A DNA stretch of 64,000 nt, from positions 920,690 to 984,689 of the forward strand of contig CM082589.2 in NCBI GenBank assembly GCA_040954595.2. The letters run 5' to 3'. A program made the position numbers and the translations under genes. The notes below the pieces were generated by a model. That model did no database searches, was not told where the DNA came from, and saw nothing but the letters and a program-made list of their open reading frames with translations. This DNA comes from Balanoglossus misakiensis. Lineage: Eukaryota > Animalia > Hemichordata. Below, one piece after another: positions 24,271 through 50,142 of the stretch; position 1 is the first letter of the stretch; each line of letters starts with the position of its first letter.

Positions 24271-27200
24271 ATGGAACTACTTGGCTTCGAAGTATCCGTG
24301 TGGGTTCTGCTCTCTGTAGTGCTCTTGGTTCTGTTGTATTTGTAAGTATCTGTCACCATGCTCAGCTGTCAAGACGTTCATTTTGCTGTGGCGTTTTCTT
24401 TTGGCGTTAACGTTGCCACTGGAAAGGTTAACGACACACAATAGAGCTGCGCCTCCTGCAAGGCGACCTACTTTCACCGCGAACGAGAAATACTAACTTT
24501 TGCGTTTTAAAATTCTAAAAAAAAAGATCTTTCATACAGCTAAGGATAAAAGCTTTTCCCACTCATCATTATTTCGTACACCGAGGTTTTATACAGGTAT
24601 TTCATTCCCTAATATCACAGAAAGTTCAAATAATTTTTGTGACGCTCAGTTGGACTATGAACTGTGGCTATTAATCTAAATCCATTTTCACAATAGTATG
24701 CAAATTACTTTATGAGTCAAAACACAAAAACCTTTTATTTATTTTGAGTCTTCAGTGCTGAGTCATCCATGGAAATATGTGATGAAACCACGGAGTAAAG
24801 ATAATCTTGTCCAGCATCAAACTTCCATATAAGGTCCTGTCTTGAGAGAGCTTTAAAGTTGCTGAAATAACCATTGTATGCAAACGATGTGCTGAGAAAT
24901 GATACTTGACCGTATTGCGTAATGACGTCAGGAATGACCAACAAAGAAATTATGCAAGATGCCAAATGTTTTCCATTGATTCTTCTGGCCACTTCTACTA
25001 GAAATCCCATGCATAGTTCTGTTAATTTTGCTCGTTTTCGTTAATTTAATAACAGATTTGGCGAAAACTGAACTTTTCATCATGGCGTTTTCAAGTTGAT
25101 TTTCATTACAGCATTGTACAGTGACACGGACGTAGACTCGGTCGTTCATTGGCCAAGTCATGCGGCTTTTGTTATGCAAAGTGAGGTCATGTCGGGTCAG
25201 TTTGTCTGTTGACCTGGCTCACAGGTGGTGAGGTCGCGTCGCGTCGACATCTGCCGGCTAAAGCGAGACATTGCGTACATTTTTAGGTTACCAAGTATAC
25301 TGACAACTAAATATATTGTACTGCGGACGATTGATGTGAAGGATTTTAAAATGAAGTGCCAAAATGTTAAATAATCATCCCCGGTGCGCCAGCCGTAATG
25401 CTCGGCCATGTGCAATGTTTACAAGACTGGCAAGAGAAAGTAGTTCCCACTTGTTTCTATACACAACGCACTCATGAAATACGAAGTTATTTTCAGCGTA
25501 CCGTACTGACACATGAAGGAGAAAACTGTTGGTACATGTGATTTATAAATCTACTTTTTATGAGTATCGATCGTGGTGGCGAAATTTTCATTTTCACAAG
25601 CTTTCCGCAGGGACTATATTATCTCATTCGCACATCAACAGCGAATTATTAATTGACAGTACTTGCATTAATTTAATGTAAAAAAGTGTGAAATTATAGT
25701 TTTGTCACTGTTTAGTTCGGTTATTCAGAAAAATAAAACTAGCACTGCTGTAACTTGCCCATATAACTTGACTGAAATGATGATTGGAAATGTGTTTGTG
25801 TTGCATTGCAAATTTTGATGATATTTCCAACAGATATGCAATATGGCCGTTATCGACATTCAGAAAAATGGGAGTTCCCGGACCTACACCATGGCCTTTC
25901 TTTGGAAATTTGCTGCAGATGTCCAATGTGAGTTGCTAATTATTAAAACATATCAATAAACAACACAATATCTAAATCAACAGTAAATATTACCGATTAT
26001 CGATGACAGAAGTGTAAAACTGGCCGAGCATCTCTGTGAAGTCTCGCATATATGCATGCAAATCTCCCTTATGTTCTATACATTGGAAATGGCTTGGGGA
26101 AAGGGTCGTCCCCCACCTGGCATTTACTGACTAGAAACGTTGTTACAAAATCTGCATCGTTTGCTCTATTTAATATATTTTTATCATCCAGGGTATTCAA
26201 ACCAAAGAAATTGAGTGGTACAAGAAATATGGCAAAATTTTCGGGTGAGTATAAAGCTAGACAAAATTTTAATTTCTCGTTGCACAAATTCCAGAATTAA
26301 GATAAGGAATCACTGCATTTTCTTTCAGTAAAACTAATCTGGTTACATACTTAGAAAAGCATGAGTGAGCATTCATCCCAGACCATAAGCAAACGTCATG
26401 TCTATTGACTTCGTTCAATAATGGAACTATTTTCTTTCAAACTGTTACAAGATATATAGAGAGGCTCTTACAACTTTTAATATGAAGTTTCCGATTATAT
26501 ATGATTATTATGCCTCTGACAATCTTGCTAACAGAAGTAAAATGACATCCCGTTTTAAGGATTTATGAAGGTCGCCAGGCAGTGTTGGAACTAGCGGATC
26601 CCGAGTTGTGCAAACAGATCTGTGTGAAGCACTTCGCATCCTTTTATAACAGAAGGGTAACTACTTTGATATATTAGCTCAAGTAACTGTCTGCCTGTGT
26701 GTGTGTGTGTGTCTGTAAACGTGATATCTTAAGAACGATTGAACAAATTCGGTACATAGGTATGAAAAGAACTGATTAGATTTTGATTGCCAATATATTG
26801 TGATACTTTTCCGTGTTGAGAGGGTTTTAGCATAGTTCATGTAGTGAATGGTTTTAGAATATCATTGCATGTTGTGTCCAGTGCCTAACACCCTGCAGTT
26901 TAGACGTTGCGAAGTACCCGGAGTGTTAGGAAAGCGCATCTGAAAGCTATCGTTTTCCAAATGTGAACGTTTTGTACCCTCGTTTGCAGCGTTTTGATCT
27001 TGAAAGCAAACCCATGGACTCTGGTCTAACTGTTCTCGTCGATCAACACTGGAAGGATAAGAGAAATACACTAACGCCTGCATTCAGTGGATCCAAAATG
27101 AGAAAGGTAAGACCACTCTTTGATGTAAACGGTGATGAAGCTGATAGTTAGCAAACATGGAGTCTTCCAGTACTTTGTATTTGTGCATAACTAAAACACA

Positions 27201-29991
27201 CTGGTAATTTCATCTAGAAAGCTGTATATTTCAGTTTAATCGAGTTGTAATTACATTCGGCTCCTATAGATGACGCCAATTGTTAACAATGCCGCGGTTA
27301 CCATGGTAAGAATTATTGGCAAGCACAATAAGGAAAGAAAAACAGTCCAATGCAAAGAGTAAGTGCTCAATCTCGTTCCAGCTCTTTCCGAATTAATAAT
27401 GCACAACGCACACTCAGAAAATTATAATTTCAGGACTTCATTCAGTGCAACATTTACTGTTTGTTTATTTCTGGACATGTGACAACATCTTCTGTGCGAA
27501 CAGTTACATCTAGTTTCAGGAGAGGTCAGGAGTGCTATCGTATTGTGCATGGAAGCGTGTGTGTTACCAGATATATAAAAATAACTTAGTCTATCTCTGA
27601 TCTTTAGTGATATTGTCTATTTTGTTTACTCTTCAGTGTATTTGGTGCATATATCATTGACAGCATAGCCAATGCAGGCTTTGGTGTAGATATTAATTCA
27701 CAAGAACAACCCGACCACCCGTTTGTAAAGTATGCTAAGGAAGCCTTCAGTGGAGGACTCTTCAGCCCAGTGCTTATGGTCATTTGTGAGTAGTTTATAT
27801 GTCTGCCTTACTTACTTACTTACTTACTTACTTACGTCAGCCGCCAGTTTACAACTTTCGACGGGGGTTATTAAGCCGTGGGATAGTGCCTTTTTAGTAA
27901 CATCTCATTTATAGTGAAGTGGTCGTGTTGTTTCTTCGCAGTCTTTATGCCTTTCTTGGTACCTCTCCTGAATTGGCTGAAAATCGGTTTCTTCTCAAAG
28001 ACAGTCATGAGTTACTTCACAAATTTGACAGAGACAACCATCGACATAAGGAAAAAACAAGACCCATCGGAGAAGGTAACGGAATGTCTTAATTTTTTGC
28101 TGGAAATTATATCCTTTTTACTGAGTGTTATTAAAAGCGCAATTGATGTTATGCCTATCTGTACTAATTGTTCTCCCCTTCTTGCTGACTTCTGTACTAA
28201 TTCAAAGCTGAGTTTACCGAAAACTTTTCAATCTTTTCTCACATTTGAACGTGCGTTTCCATTTTACTATCAGAAAATAGACTTCCTGCAGCATATGCTT
28301 GATGCGCATGAGGTCTACGAACAATACATCAAAGAGAATGAAGCAGACGAGGACGAAAATGGAGTACGACTTGTTAAGGATGGGAAGAAAATCACAAATG
28401 ATTTCCATAAAGGATTCACAAATGACGAAATTCTGGGACAGGTAGGCATACAGCAAGCATGTTGGCAATGTACGTTTACGCATTCGCGATGTCTGGTAAC
28501 ATCAATTATCAGTGTTTCATTATGCCCCTTACATGGCAACGTCGCTAAAGACATTTTTGATCACAACAAACGCATCATAAACGGCCCAAGAGAGCAGCCA
28601 CAGTGTTGACAACTTTCAAAGGACTGAATATGTTCCAAACTTAACATACAATTTAATGCATGGTAAATTCATGTGTGTGGCAATGTTAGAATCATAAATG
28701 CAGTAGTTGATAGGTAGGATTATTAATCATTATGAGTGACAGAATGCATTATGCTTTCTTTAAAGTCATTATTGTTCTTCCTGGCTGGTTATGAGACAAC
28801 GAGTACAATGATGAGCTTGCTTGCCTACTCCCTTGCAACAAATCCGGATATCCAGGAAAAGTTGTGTGCTGAAATTGATGAAGTCATGGCCAATTATGAA
28901 GAACCCACCTATGAGGCTGTATCTAAGATGCCGTATTTGGATATGGTCATCAATGAAACTCTTAGAATGTATCCTCCTGCGATAAGGTTCGAATATAAAC
29001 AATATGCTTACCCGCAGAAATTATGAAAACATGTAATGTATCTAAGCTTTTCCAGGACACAGTGTCATGTCCCTTTGTCATGTAAGACTGTAATAGTTTG
29101 GAGAGAGAAATATGGAAACCGAACACAGAAGATGAACTCAGTGCAATCTTTGGTCTATCTTTTACATATTCGCCATTCTGTGCATTTCAGGTTTGACAGA
29201 GAGTGTAACGAAGATATCACTATTGCTGGTGTTCAGATCCCAAAAGGCATGATTGTGGCTGTACCAATCTATGTTATACATCATGATCCAGAAATCTATC
29301 CTGAACCAGATAAATTCATACCAGAAAGGTAAATAATTGCAATCATACCCATATTTTATAGTTCAAAGGTTAAATATACAAATATACAAATATACATTTC
29401 CAATGAGGTCCTATACCAGCAACCAAATACTGCTTGCTATGTCTGTCAAATGACATGTATGGCCTCTGTCGCCTTGTCTAAAGTCTGGTCCATGTAATTG
29501 GATGTAATTTTGATGAATGAAACAAATTTGTGATCTTTTAGATTTTCAAAGGAAGAGAAGGAGAAACGCCACCCCTATGCTTGGATACCCTTTGGTGCTG
29601 GTCCTCGAAACTGTATTGGAATGCGATTCGCTTTGTTGGAAGCTAAGATTGGCCTGGTCCATATCTTTAAGAACTTCACCTTTGAACCATGTGCGGAGAC
29701 TGAGGTATGATAAAGTGTCTCATCATTAAAACGATTATGCTTAAAGCATAATCAACATTGTTGGTTAACACCATGCGATCATCAACAACGATGATAATGG
29801 TGGTGGTGGTGATGTTGTTGTTGTTGTTGTTAATTGGTCATTAGAAGTAGTGATTGTGGTGGTTCATTTCAGATAAGTTTTCAGAATAATTACAGAGTTG
29901 TTGTCTTTTCCAGATACCTCCAGTTCTTGGCAAGGTCGGGTTTCTTACACCGAAAGCTGGCATAAAACTGAAATCAAACGCAAGGATGTAA
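24271..29991 (+). CDS. Cytochrome P450, clan 3, paralog 3, 13 exons
   Basis: [23 protein letters not shown], then [40 protein letters not shown] and [10 protein letters not shown]. The last exon is [28 protein letters not shown] (29989-29991). The first intron is about 1.5 kb. Confidence 0.95.
27808..27835. repeat. (TTAC)n microsatellite in a P450 intron
   Basis: TTACTTACTTAC... about 7 units. Confidence 0.85.
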
Positions 29992-31509
29992 ACAATTACG
30001 CAAAGTTTGGTAAAGCTGATGCAGAGGCTGTTTGAAGTGTTTCATCCAAATCACAACTTGCAACTAAACGGATAATGTATCACTCTTATTCTATGTATAT
30101 GATGTTTATGATTTGATTTTGTTTTTGACATCATCTATATATCACAAATGAATATATCTATATTTTTAATTATGAAATGTGAAGATTTAAACTGAAAACA
30201 ATATTTAATTGTATTAATATGAGCAGCATGACGATTTTCTGTCTTTAAGACTTAGGAGCATTTGCTCAGTTTCTCATTTGACATGTTGCTTTGTTTTCAA
30301 AAGCTCAACATAAAAATAGAAGATTTAGTCATACACTGCAGTAGAGGGGAGACATCTTGTGACAAGACTTCTTTTTTCAAAATATATAAAGGAAAATGTT
30401 ATTTTTTGTAAATTGAATTAGTGTAAGGAAATTGACAGAGACCAGGTTATGGTTCATCCAGTTTATTTCTTAGGTTACTGGTTACAATGCAGAGTTGCCA
30501 ACAGTGGTAAAGACAAGTCAAAATATCAGCACATTGATTTAATTAATCCAATACAATCATTCACAGAATTTCAATGGGTAACAATTAAATTACATAAAAA
30601 GTACTCAACTAATAATCACATGAATAGTTGCACAAATATTGCCCGATATCAACGTAGAGTATTCATTCATAAGCAAGCATTATTACTGATGTACGATTTT
30701 CATTCTGGACAACACTCCCCCTTTAAATGCCAAGCTATTGCATCCTTCTTTTGGAAAATAAGAAATTGCACTGAGAAGAAAAACAAGAACTCCAAAATAA
30801 ATATAAAAAGATACGACTTTCCCTTCCACATGTTGATAACCATTTTGACAAATTAAGGATCCAATATGTACAAATCAATATCGACTTCACTAAAATACTT
30901 CAGTTTAAAAACAATATAATCAAGGCTTATTCAAATTTTCAGAATTTTCAAGAATTGTGTAGCCATGACATTCATTTTTTTTCACATAAAGTCTTCATCT
31001 TGCTGAATATGTTTTGCCTCCAAGTTGTCTTGACAACGGCTGAAGAGCCAATGGTCCCAGAAAGCGCCCTCTAGAGAGGAAAAAACATCTCCTTAGTTAC
31101 ACTGGATAAAATGCTACAAGAATGTACTCGTTTACATTTCAGAAACACTTTGGGGTAACTTGATATAAACTATTTTTGAAAACAAACTGACTAAATACAG
31201 ACTGCGGTATATTTCTTGGAAATGTGTCACAAAACTAAAAATATTCCAAAATTATTAGATAAATGATATTCATTACATATATTCCATTTTTTTTTCAATT
31301 TTAACTTAAAAATACCATTAATTATCAATGATACATCTGTACATAATAAATAATGAAACATTTTAAACAATTGCACAACAGAAACAAAACACTGAATAAC
31401 TTAAAATGAAAACCAAATTTCTATTTTAGAGTTGCTAATGAATAGAAATGGTTCATTGATTTTAATATTACATTCAGCTTGCAAAAGATTAATAATAAAA
31501 ACTTGAGAA

Positions 31510-32505
31510 TTAGTCGTGTTTGCTGTTTGTGATTTTGAGCATCGCCTTTTTCCTCAGCCACAAAACAGTTAAGATGTTCACAAGAATAAGAACCATGGTA
31601 ATACCAAACGTACGCATAATATTCATGTTAAAATGCGACTCGATGTAGCTTCGTCTGTTTTTCAAATCAATAAACTCTGCCTGCATTTGACTGTATGTGC
31701 AGAGTGGAATGAATATATGGAACAGTTGATGTCCGTGGCCAATGATATCAAATCGACCTGGAGCTAATTTCTGTGGAAACGGCGAGGCAAAGAAGACCGC
31801 TCCCACCAAAAACCACAAAATATGTTGTTTGTGGAACTCGATAGCTTCATCTTCACAGGAATTAGACCAACAGAGAAATATGCGGTGTAATATCGGAAAA
31901 ATAATCCAAACATAGAGGCCACCCACAGAGGTAATCTGCCAGAGTTTTCTTGCGAAGGGATAAGGGCGGTCGTATTTTACTTTGGCATAACCGCAAGCAG
32001 TGCACGCAAACCAGGCCAGTGAAAGGTTGATAATGGGAAATAGCCATCCATCCCCGACAGCAGACAAATATGACTTATGGCTGCTGTAATAGTAGTGAGC
32101 TAAGCCGCTTGTGAATCCATACAAGCTAATACCAACGTAGTCAATGAAAAAGCAGGTGTAATGAACAAGCTCGGAATGGGATTGCATCAGGTGAGCAAAC
32201 GTACTCAGGAAAGTGTACACACAACATGACGCACACAAAAGAACTAACGGCCAACAGTACAAGTCGTTTGGAAAATCAATATTACCAGAAAGCGTGTATA
32301 TTTTGTAGCATAAAATCGAACATGCAATAAGATGGGTCCAAACATTGAGAAGTTCATTGTGCACTTGAAAGAGGCTTAGAATGTAGTATATGAAAGGTTG
32401 GTGAGGAGGTCTGTATCCATTGTGAACATCAGGTTCTCGGAATAGCTTTGGTACTTCTTCTGCACTTTTAGTACGAGGTAGTTTAGGTAGCTCAAGCTTG
32501 GCCAT
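31510..32505 (-). CDS. Membrane progestin receptor alpha/beta-like (PAQR class II, PAQR7/8-like), single coding exon
   Basis: 331-aa ORF with 7-8 hydrophobic helices. Motifs are VPKLFREPDVHNGYRP, HNELLNVWTH, STFAHLMQSHS, FFIDYVGIS, P.K.APGRFDIIGHGHQLFH and Q.QA. A splice acceptor at 32607 indicates 5'UTR exon(s), with donor candidates at 33824 and about 33352. Confidence 0.92.
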   Translation of the reverse strand: MAKLELPKLPRTKSAEEVPKLFREPDVHNGYRPPHQPFIYYILSLFQVHNELLNVWTHLIACSILCYKIYTLSGNIDFPNDLYCWPLVLLCASCCVYTFLSTFAHLMQSHSELVHYTCFFIDYVGISLYGFTSGLAHYYYSSHKSYLSAVGDGWLFPIINLSLAWFACTACGYAKVKYDRPYPFARKLWQITSVGGLYVWIIFPILHRIFLCWSNSCEDEAIEFHKQHILWFLVGAVFFASPFPQKLAPGRFDIIGHGHQLFHIFIPLCTYSQMQAEFIDLKNRRSYIESHFNMNIMRTFGITMVLILVNILTVLWLRKKAMLKITNSKHD

Positions 32506-33824
32506 TTCTACTGGAAATCTGCAGAGTATCCTTTTATAGTTGTCACATCAAACGTTGCGGCTGGGTTGCTATCAAAGATCTGCCTTCTCCATATTTGTAT
32601 TAAACCCTGAAATGATACAAAAATAATAGATGACCTGTTAAAGCACACACTGGATCTGCATGTGTTTGACTATTGTTAATATTTGCAATCAGGTTTGCCA
32701 TTCAAGTTTCAAATAGGTCAAGGACTATAGGTTGGCTGTACACGCACATATTGTATTGACACACTGAAGAAACACTTGAGAAAATAAAGATTCCAAATTC
32801 AATGGAAAGGTAAGTTGAGTGACAATATTAACTCAAGTAAAAATAGATTGTCAGTGTACTGTTTTCTTCAATGAATCTTTACTATTACATGTATGTCTGA
32901 AGATGTGAGTTGGTTGAAATTTACATTACCAGAGACTGTTTCAGACAATAGACATGAAGGTTAATTATCCGTGTCACTATTGTCTGCTGTCAGTCTCTGA
33001 GAATTGCAATTATCTTGTCTCTCATTACAGGGCATTGTTAATTCATAATGCTGAACAACAGTGGTAATGAACCGCTTTAGTTTTCAATTATTCAACAGCC
33101 ATTCAAGATGATAGAATAAGATAGATTATGACCAAATCCTTTAAAAATATCTTGGAATATGAATTCTGTTAAATAACTGCTTCTAGACATCTCATATTTT
33201 TGGCATATTATAAAACTTAAAATTTATTTGGGGCAATATACCTCGTCATGTATAGATTTCAGGCGAAATGTACTACCCCTAATAGTATATGTTCGGCCAT
33301 GATGTGTGTGACTTGATGATGATCCCCAAAGACCTATAAAAATTAAACTCACCGTTAACAAATAATTCTTATGAACTGTACAGTTTATGACGTCATTCCT
33401 GCAATGTGTCAATTTGATGTCGACAATGATACTAATAACACAACCAACAGCTTCGATGTCGTCAACCAACTTCTGTTTGTTGTGTATAACAACAGATTCC
33501 GGAGAAACGCTGTTGTTTACTGTATATTCACTGGACAAGTTCCTTTTCAATGATAGATCGTCAGTCCGTCCATTCGATTTCCTGTGTGCTGGATTTTACA
33601 GACGATCTAATTTTAGATTTAAACAGCAGTTGGCAGACATGTGGTGAATAATTAAAGCCGTGTTACTGATCAATCACCCGGCGTTCGAGCTGTCCTTCCA
33701 TCAAAGAATAATCACATCAGGGATTTGAGTCACGCGAAAAGCGCGTGAAACCTTTCACTTCTACGACATGCCAGTAAAATCGCACTTTCCAAAACGTATC
33801 AAGTTTCTATAAAACATCACTTAC

Positions 33825-34283
33825 CGTTGCAATCGCAGGAAATATCGCTGCAAAACCCCCACAAACTGCGCTCTGCTCTTATACGAATTCGGAAATCGAG
33901 GACACTGTCGCTTTCTCTGGTCAAAGGTGAACTAAGGCCCTTTAAGTAACCTATTTATTATACAGGGTTATGGTTAATCAACTTTACTCGACGTTTATGC
34001 AGAAAAAAAACACCAGTATCCAAAAATATCAGAGTAGTGAATGATATTAGCGTTTTGGGACATATTAGATTAGCGTGGCACCTGTTTGAGAGGTTTTCAA
34101 AGTGGATATCAACTGAGAATAAGTTAGGTGGTCTCTGCAAAGCATGATGGTTAATTTTCGCCATTTTGTAGTACGATCACTTCCTGGATTGAGCAAAACT
34201 TCTTCCTTCCTGCGACGTGAGGTCGTTCGTTATTCCGAGAATTTCCGCGATATACGTTATGGGTTGCTCCAGACCAAGATAAC
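33825..34283. promoter_or_regulatory. Probable bidirectional promoter and 5' non-coding exons of PAQR (-) and FAK (+)
   Basis: A CpG-enriched island is flanked by a minus-strand donor CG|GTAAGT (33824) and a plus-strand donor AC|GTAAGT (34284). It contains a YY1 motif CGCCATTTT (34159-34167) and an ETS motif CACTTCCTGG (34178-34187). Confidence 0.55.
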
Positions 34284-37031
34284 GTAAGTATCTTTATCGC
34301 TGTGTTTACTTCAGTTTTGAGTCGTCTTCAATGTTAAAAGTTTGGAGTTTCATATCGACGACTGTTCGACTGTGTTATGCTTTTGTGTGACTCACAGATT
34401 ATGTGATCTTAATGTTCTGCACTACACTGTTCTTCAGTTTGCTATGACTGCGATGTCAGAAAGCCGATGAGTAAATAATCAAACGTTGGGTTCAAGAAAC
34501 TTTTATTTGTTTAAGAAACCGTTATTCGGACCCACGGTACCCCTTCGTTGTAGTTCTCTTCGTGTCAAAGAAAGATGCAAGAATATATTCCAACAGCTAT
34601 AATGTATATATATGGCAAAGTGATTCTAAACAGTGACTAAAAGCCTTGTAACCTTGACTAGGTGTATCCCTACATCCGCTAAAAATGCCAATTACTAATG
34701 AAGTTTGTCACTAAAGAAGGTGAGTGTTCGACCCAGTGGATTTCCTGTTCTAACATACCAAACAAAACACAACTTTACATTCTATAATAGGATATTTATA
34801 ATTTACAATTTTTCATCATATTCACAGAACGAACTCAAAGTTTGTTTTTAATGTTTCCATACACTTTGGTAATGATGATGATGATTTAATTCAGTTTTAA
34901 TAACAGTAAGGTTGATTAATACAATTAAATACAAATTAGTGGTTTTAATTTGATGGTTGGTCTTAATTAACGATTTATGTTAGTAATAATTATCTTTGTC
35001 TGGTGAGGTCATTAACCCTATGTTCAACATCTGTCTGCATGTGACGAGTATAGCTGTATTATTTATGTGTTTATACTGTTTAATGTTACTATTTAATTGC
35101 GTTATTAAAATAACAGATCGAAATCAAGTTTTCTCCCAAGAAATATACATAAATTTGAAATGTGACAACTCACATGTTCTTGCGTGTTTTAAACAAATAC
35201 AGCGTGTTACTAATATAGAATTGCAAGCATATAAATCATAAGAATAAACGATTTATTATAGATAGTTTCAAATTTATGACCTTCGGTAATACTAAATACT
35301 AATAAATTAGTATAATAATAAAACAATACATAAAGAATTAATGTTTATTTAAAAAAAAAAACATTTTGCCAGGAATAATTAACTTCCCACGTGCATGTGG
35401 GCTGTGCGATAAATGTTGAGGTTACTGACCTAGAGAGGTTGGGTCGATCAGAATACGAAGGTTGCAGTCTGTTATTGTTATGCTAACCGAACTTAAAAAA
35501 AGCTGATTTCATGGCAGCTGGTTCAGTCAAGGTATCCATAGAAACAATGAACAATATACTAGTATAGTAACTTGTGAACAAGGACTTTTGGCAGAATGAC
35601 CTTGCTTTTCAGTTGAATAGCTGTGTCCCTAGAGAAAGCTGGAACAGAGAAAAGGTCACCATATGTCAACAACAATGAGCCGATGATGGAAAATAGGAAA
35701 ACATTGACATTAAATACTCAAAATGCATATTGTCATCATTTATTGATATTAAGACGTGCTGGTTCATGTACAGTTGCACTTCTTTGTGGATAAAAAGAAA
35801 TCTATGCACATGTATATTTCATTAAATGGCATAATGTTACATTACAGTGTACATGTACTATAATATTAATATTAAGACGTGATGGTACATGTATACCGGG
35901 TACAATATGAGTGTCTATGTGTGGCAATCCGCATACTCATAGTTCTGAGTTTAGCTGTGCGTTTTCAGAATCTGTGAAACCCAAAGCTAGGCAGTGTTGC
36001 CAGACAGTGTCTGAGGACTATAATGTAGAGTGAATACTACATGGATAGAATCAATGATTTTACATATCACAAACACCATACAATGCATTTAACAACTGGG
36101 TTCAAATCTGACCTATTTCTGTGATTCAAGTCAGATTTTCTGATCTAGAAGTCATTGTGAACATTTAATTTATAGATGGATGTTGATTTTGACGTTTGTT
36201 TACCCAGTGATACTGAGAAATAAGGTCAGGTCACTGCAAGTAAGACTTCAAGGTCATCAGGTTTGTGTTACAAAAGGACACCCATACTGTGATATTAACT
36301 ACATTTTATATTTGGACTGTCAAGCTCAACTGTGAAATTCCTGACAGCAAAATTTAGTGGTGTCACTGACATTTAACTATGCTCACAATACTTAGTATGC
36401 TGAAGTTCATCTTCATCATCTCTGTATCTCGCTTATAATTCATTGTCTTTATATCTTCATAATTTTCACGATGATGATGATGATACAGAGTGTAAAAATA
36501 CTGAAAATGTACATGTAGTTTCGAGTCTTGTCGTGAGACTTCCATGTTTGATGACTAATTTACAGATGACTTTGTCTCTCTGAGAATGACAAGACTAGAC
36601 TTTGAATTAGTATGTTTACTGCTTTGAGACTTGTCTTGAATTACAAGGAGCATGAGCAGACAACCTCATCTTCAGTCTTATATGTCATTATCATCCATGT
36701 ACATGTAGGTTATTTGGTTGAAATTTAAACTAGTGTGACATGTATATTATTTAGAGGATTTTAAATATCAAATAAAAATATTTCAAATATATTGAGAGGT
36801 GTTGTGTGTATGTGAGGAGATTTTTTACATGAATAAGTCCTTCTCAAATATCACAATTATTATGCTGCCCTGGGAATTACCAAATGAAATTTGAGTCGAA
36901 TCCCTTCTTCCAAGTCTGAATCAGTTGTATAACTGACATCTATACTTTTTAAGAGAGATTCACATTAGTTATTTTATGGTAACCCTGGACTGGTATAAAA
37001 TTACATATAAAGTTGGCTCAAAAACATTGTG

Positions 37032-37280
37032 GACATACATATACATAGTTCTATATCAGAGCAGAGCTAAGCAAAAAAAGAGTATGTCTGCCGAGGTAAG
37101 ATAGGTTGACTGAAACAGGTGCAAATCACCTATACAACCAGGGCGATGAGAAGTAAAAGGCCCTGCCATGAAATTACCATCCTCGGCCATGACTGGGTCT
37201 GGGAATTGAACCCACAACCCTCCAGAACCCACAACCTTCCAATTGTGAGCCCGGTACCCTATCCACTAGGCCACGATGAC
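37032..37280 (-). mobile_element. tRNA-derived SINE-like element in FAK intron 1
   Basis: The minus strand reads ...CGTGGCCTAGTGGATAGGGTACCGGGCTCACAATTGG...GTGGGTTCAATTCCC. This gives a Pol III A box TGGCCTAGTGG and a B box GGTTCAATTCC, followed by a non-tRNA body and a short (ATGT)n tail at about 37032-37047. Confidence 0.7.
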
Positions 37281-37968
37281 TTCTTTGCAAACATGGTTGG
37301 CCGTCGTCTCTGATGTGTAACAGAATACAGAGTGAGTCGTATTGCAATATCTTGATCAGCAGAGGCAGGCCAAACTAGGCAAATATTTTCAAATTAATAA
37401 TAAAATAGTGGTTCAAATTAATAATAAAATACTGGAGGTAGCAGATGAATTTGCATACATGTTGCTAATTAATGTAATTACATGTGACAGACATGTTTTT
37501 ACCATTTCAAACATTTGTATTTACAAACATGTAAATCCAATTAAATGTAATTGAGCTGATAATTAAACCAGCAATTATAGAGAAACTGACATCACTACAT
37601 TTGTAAATTGAGATCTCTAGCGCGTTTTTGTTGAATTATACTGCCTTTTTTCCAAAATCAATAATCATTGTCTGCAGCTGTTGACGCATGCAGCTCTAGG
37701 GATCTTGTGATAATTATAGCGTATTATGATGCCCAGTCATCCATGGAACATTTCTTGCCGTGGTTAGAATGAATGAAATGGTGTCCGAAGCCGAAGGACT
37801 TTGAATTATTTATTGGCTTTGGAGGCTGACAAATGCTTTTTAATCATTAAAAAATCTTTTGAGATTGAAACTAGGCAAAGATTACCACTATAATTTACCT
37901 GAGTTGTTTATTTGTTTTGTTTGTTTTCAGGATACTGATGGTCTTGTTTGTTTACTCTTCAAAAAGAC

Positions 37969-50142
<12,174 letters not shown>

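Noticed and set aside
24735-25415. Short ORFs in the 1.5-kb first intron of P450 paralog 3
   Set aside because: No transposase, reverse transcriptase or other recognisable motifs.
33224-33550. 108-aa minus ORF crossing a donor site upstream of PAQR
   Set aside because: It starts at TTG with no in-frame ATG. If spliced, it stops just before the PAQR ATG, so it is more likely 5'UTR.
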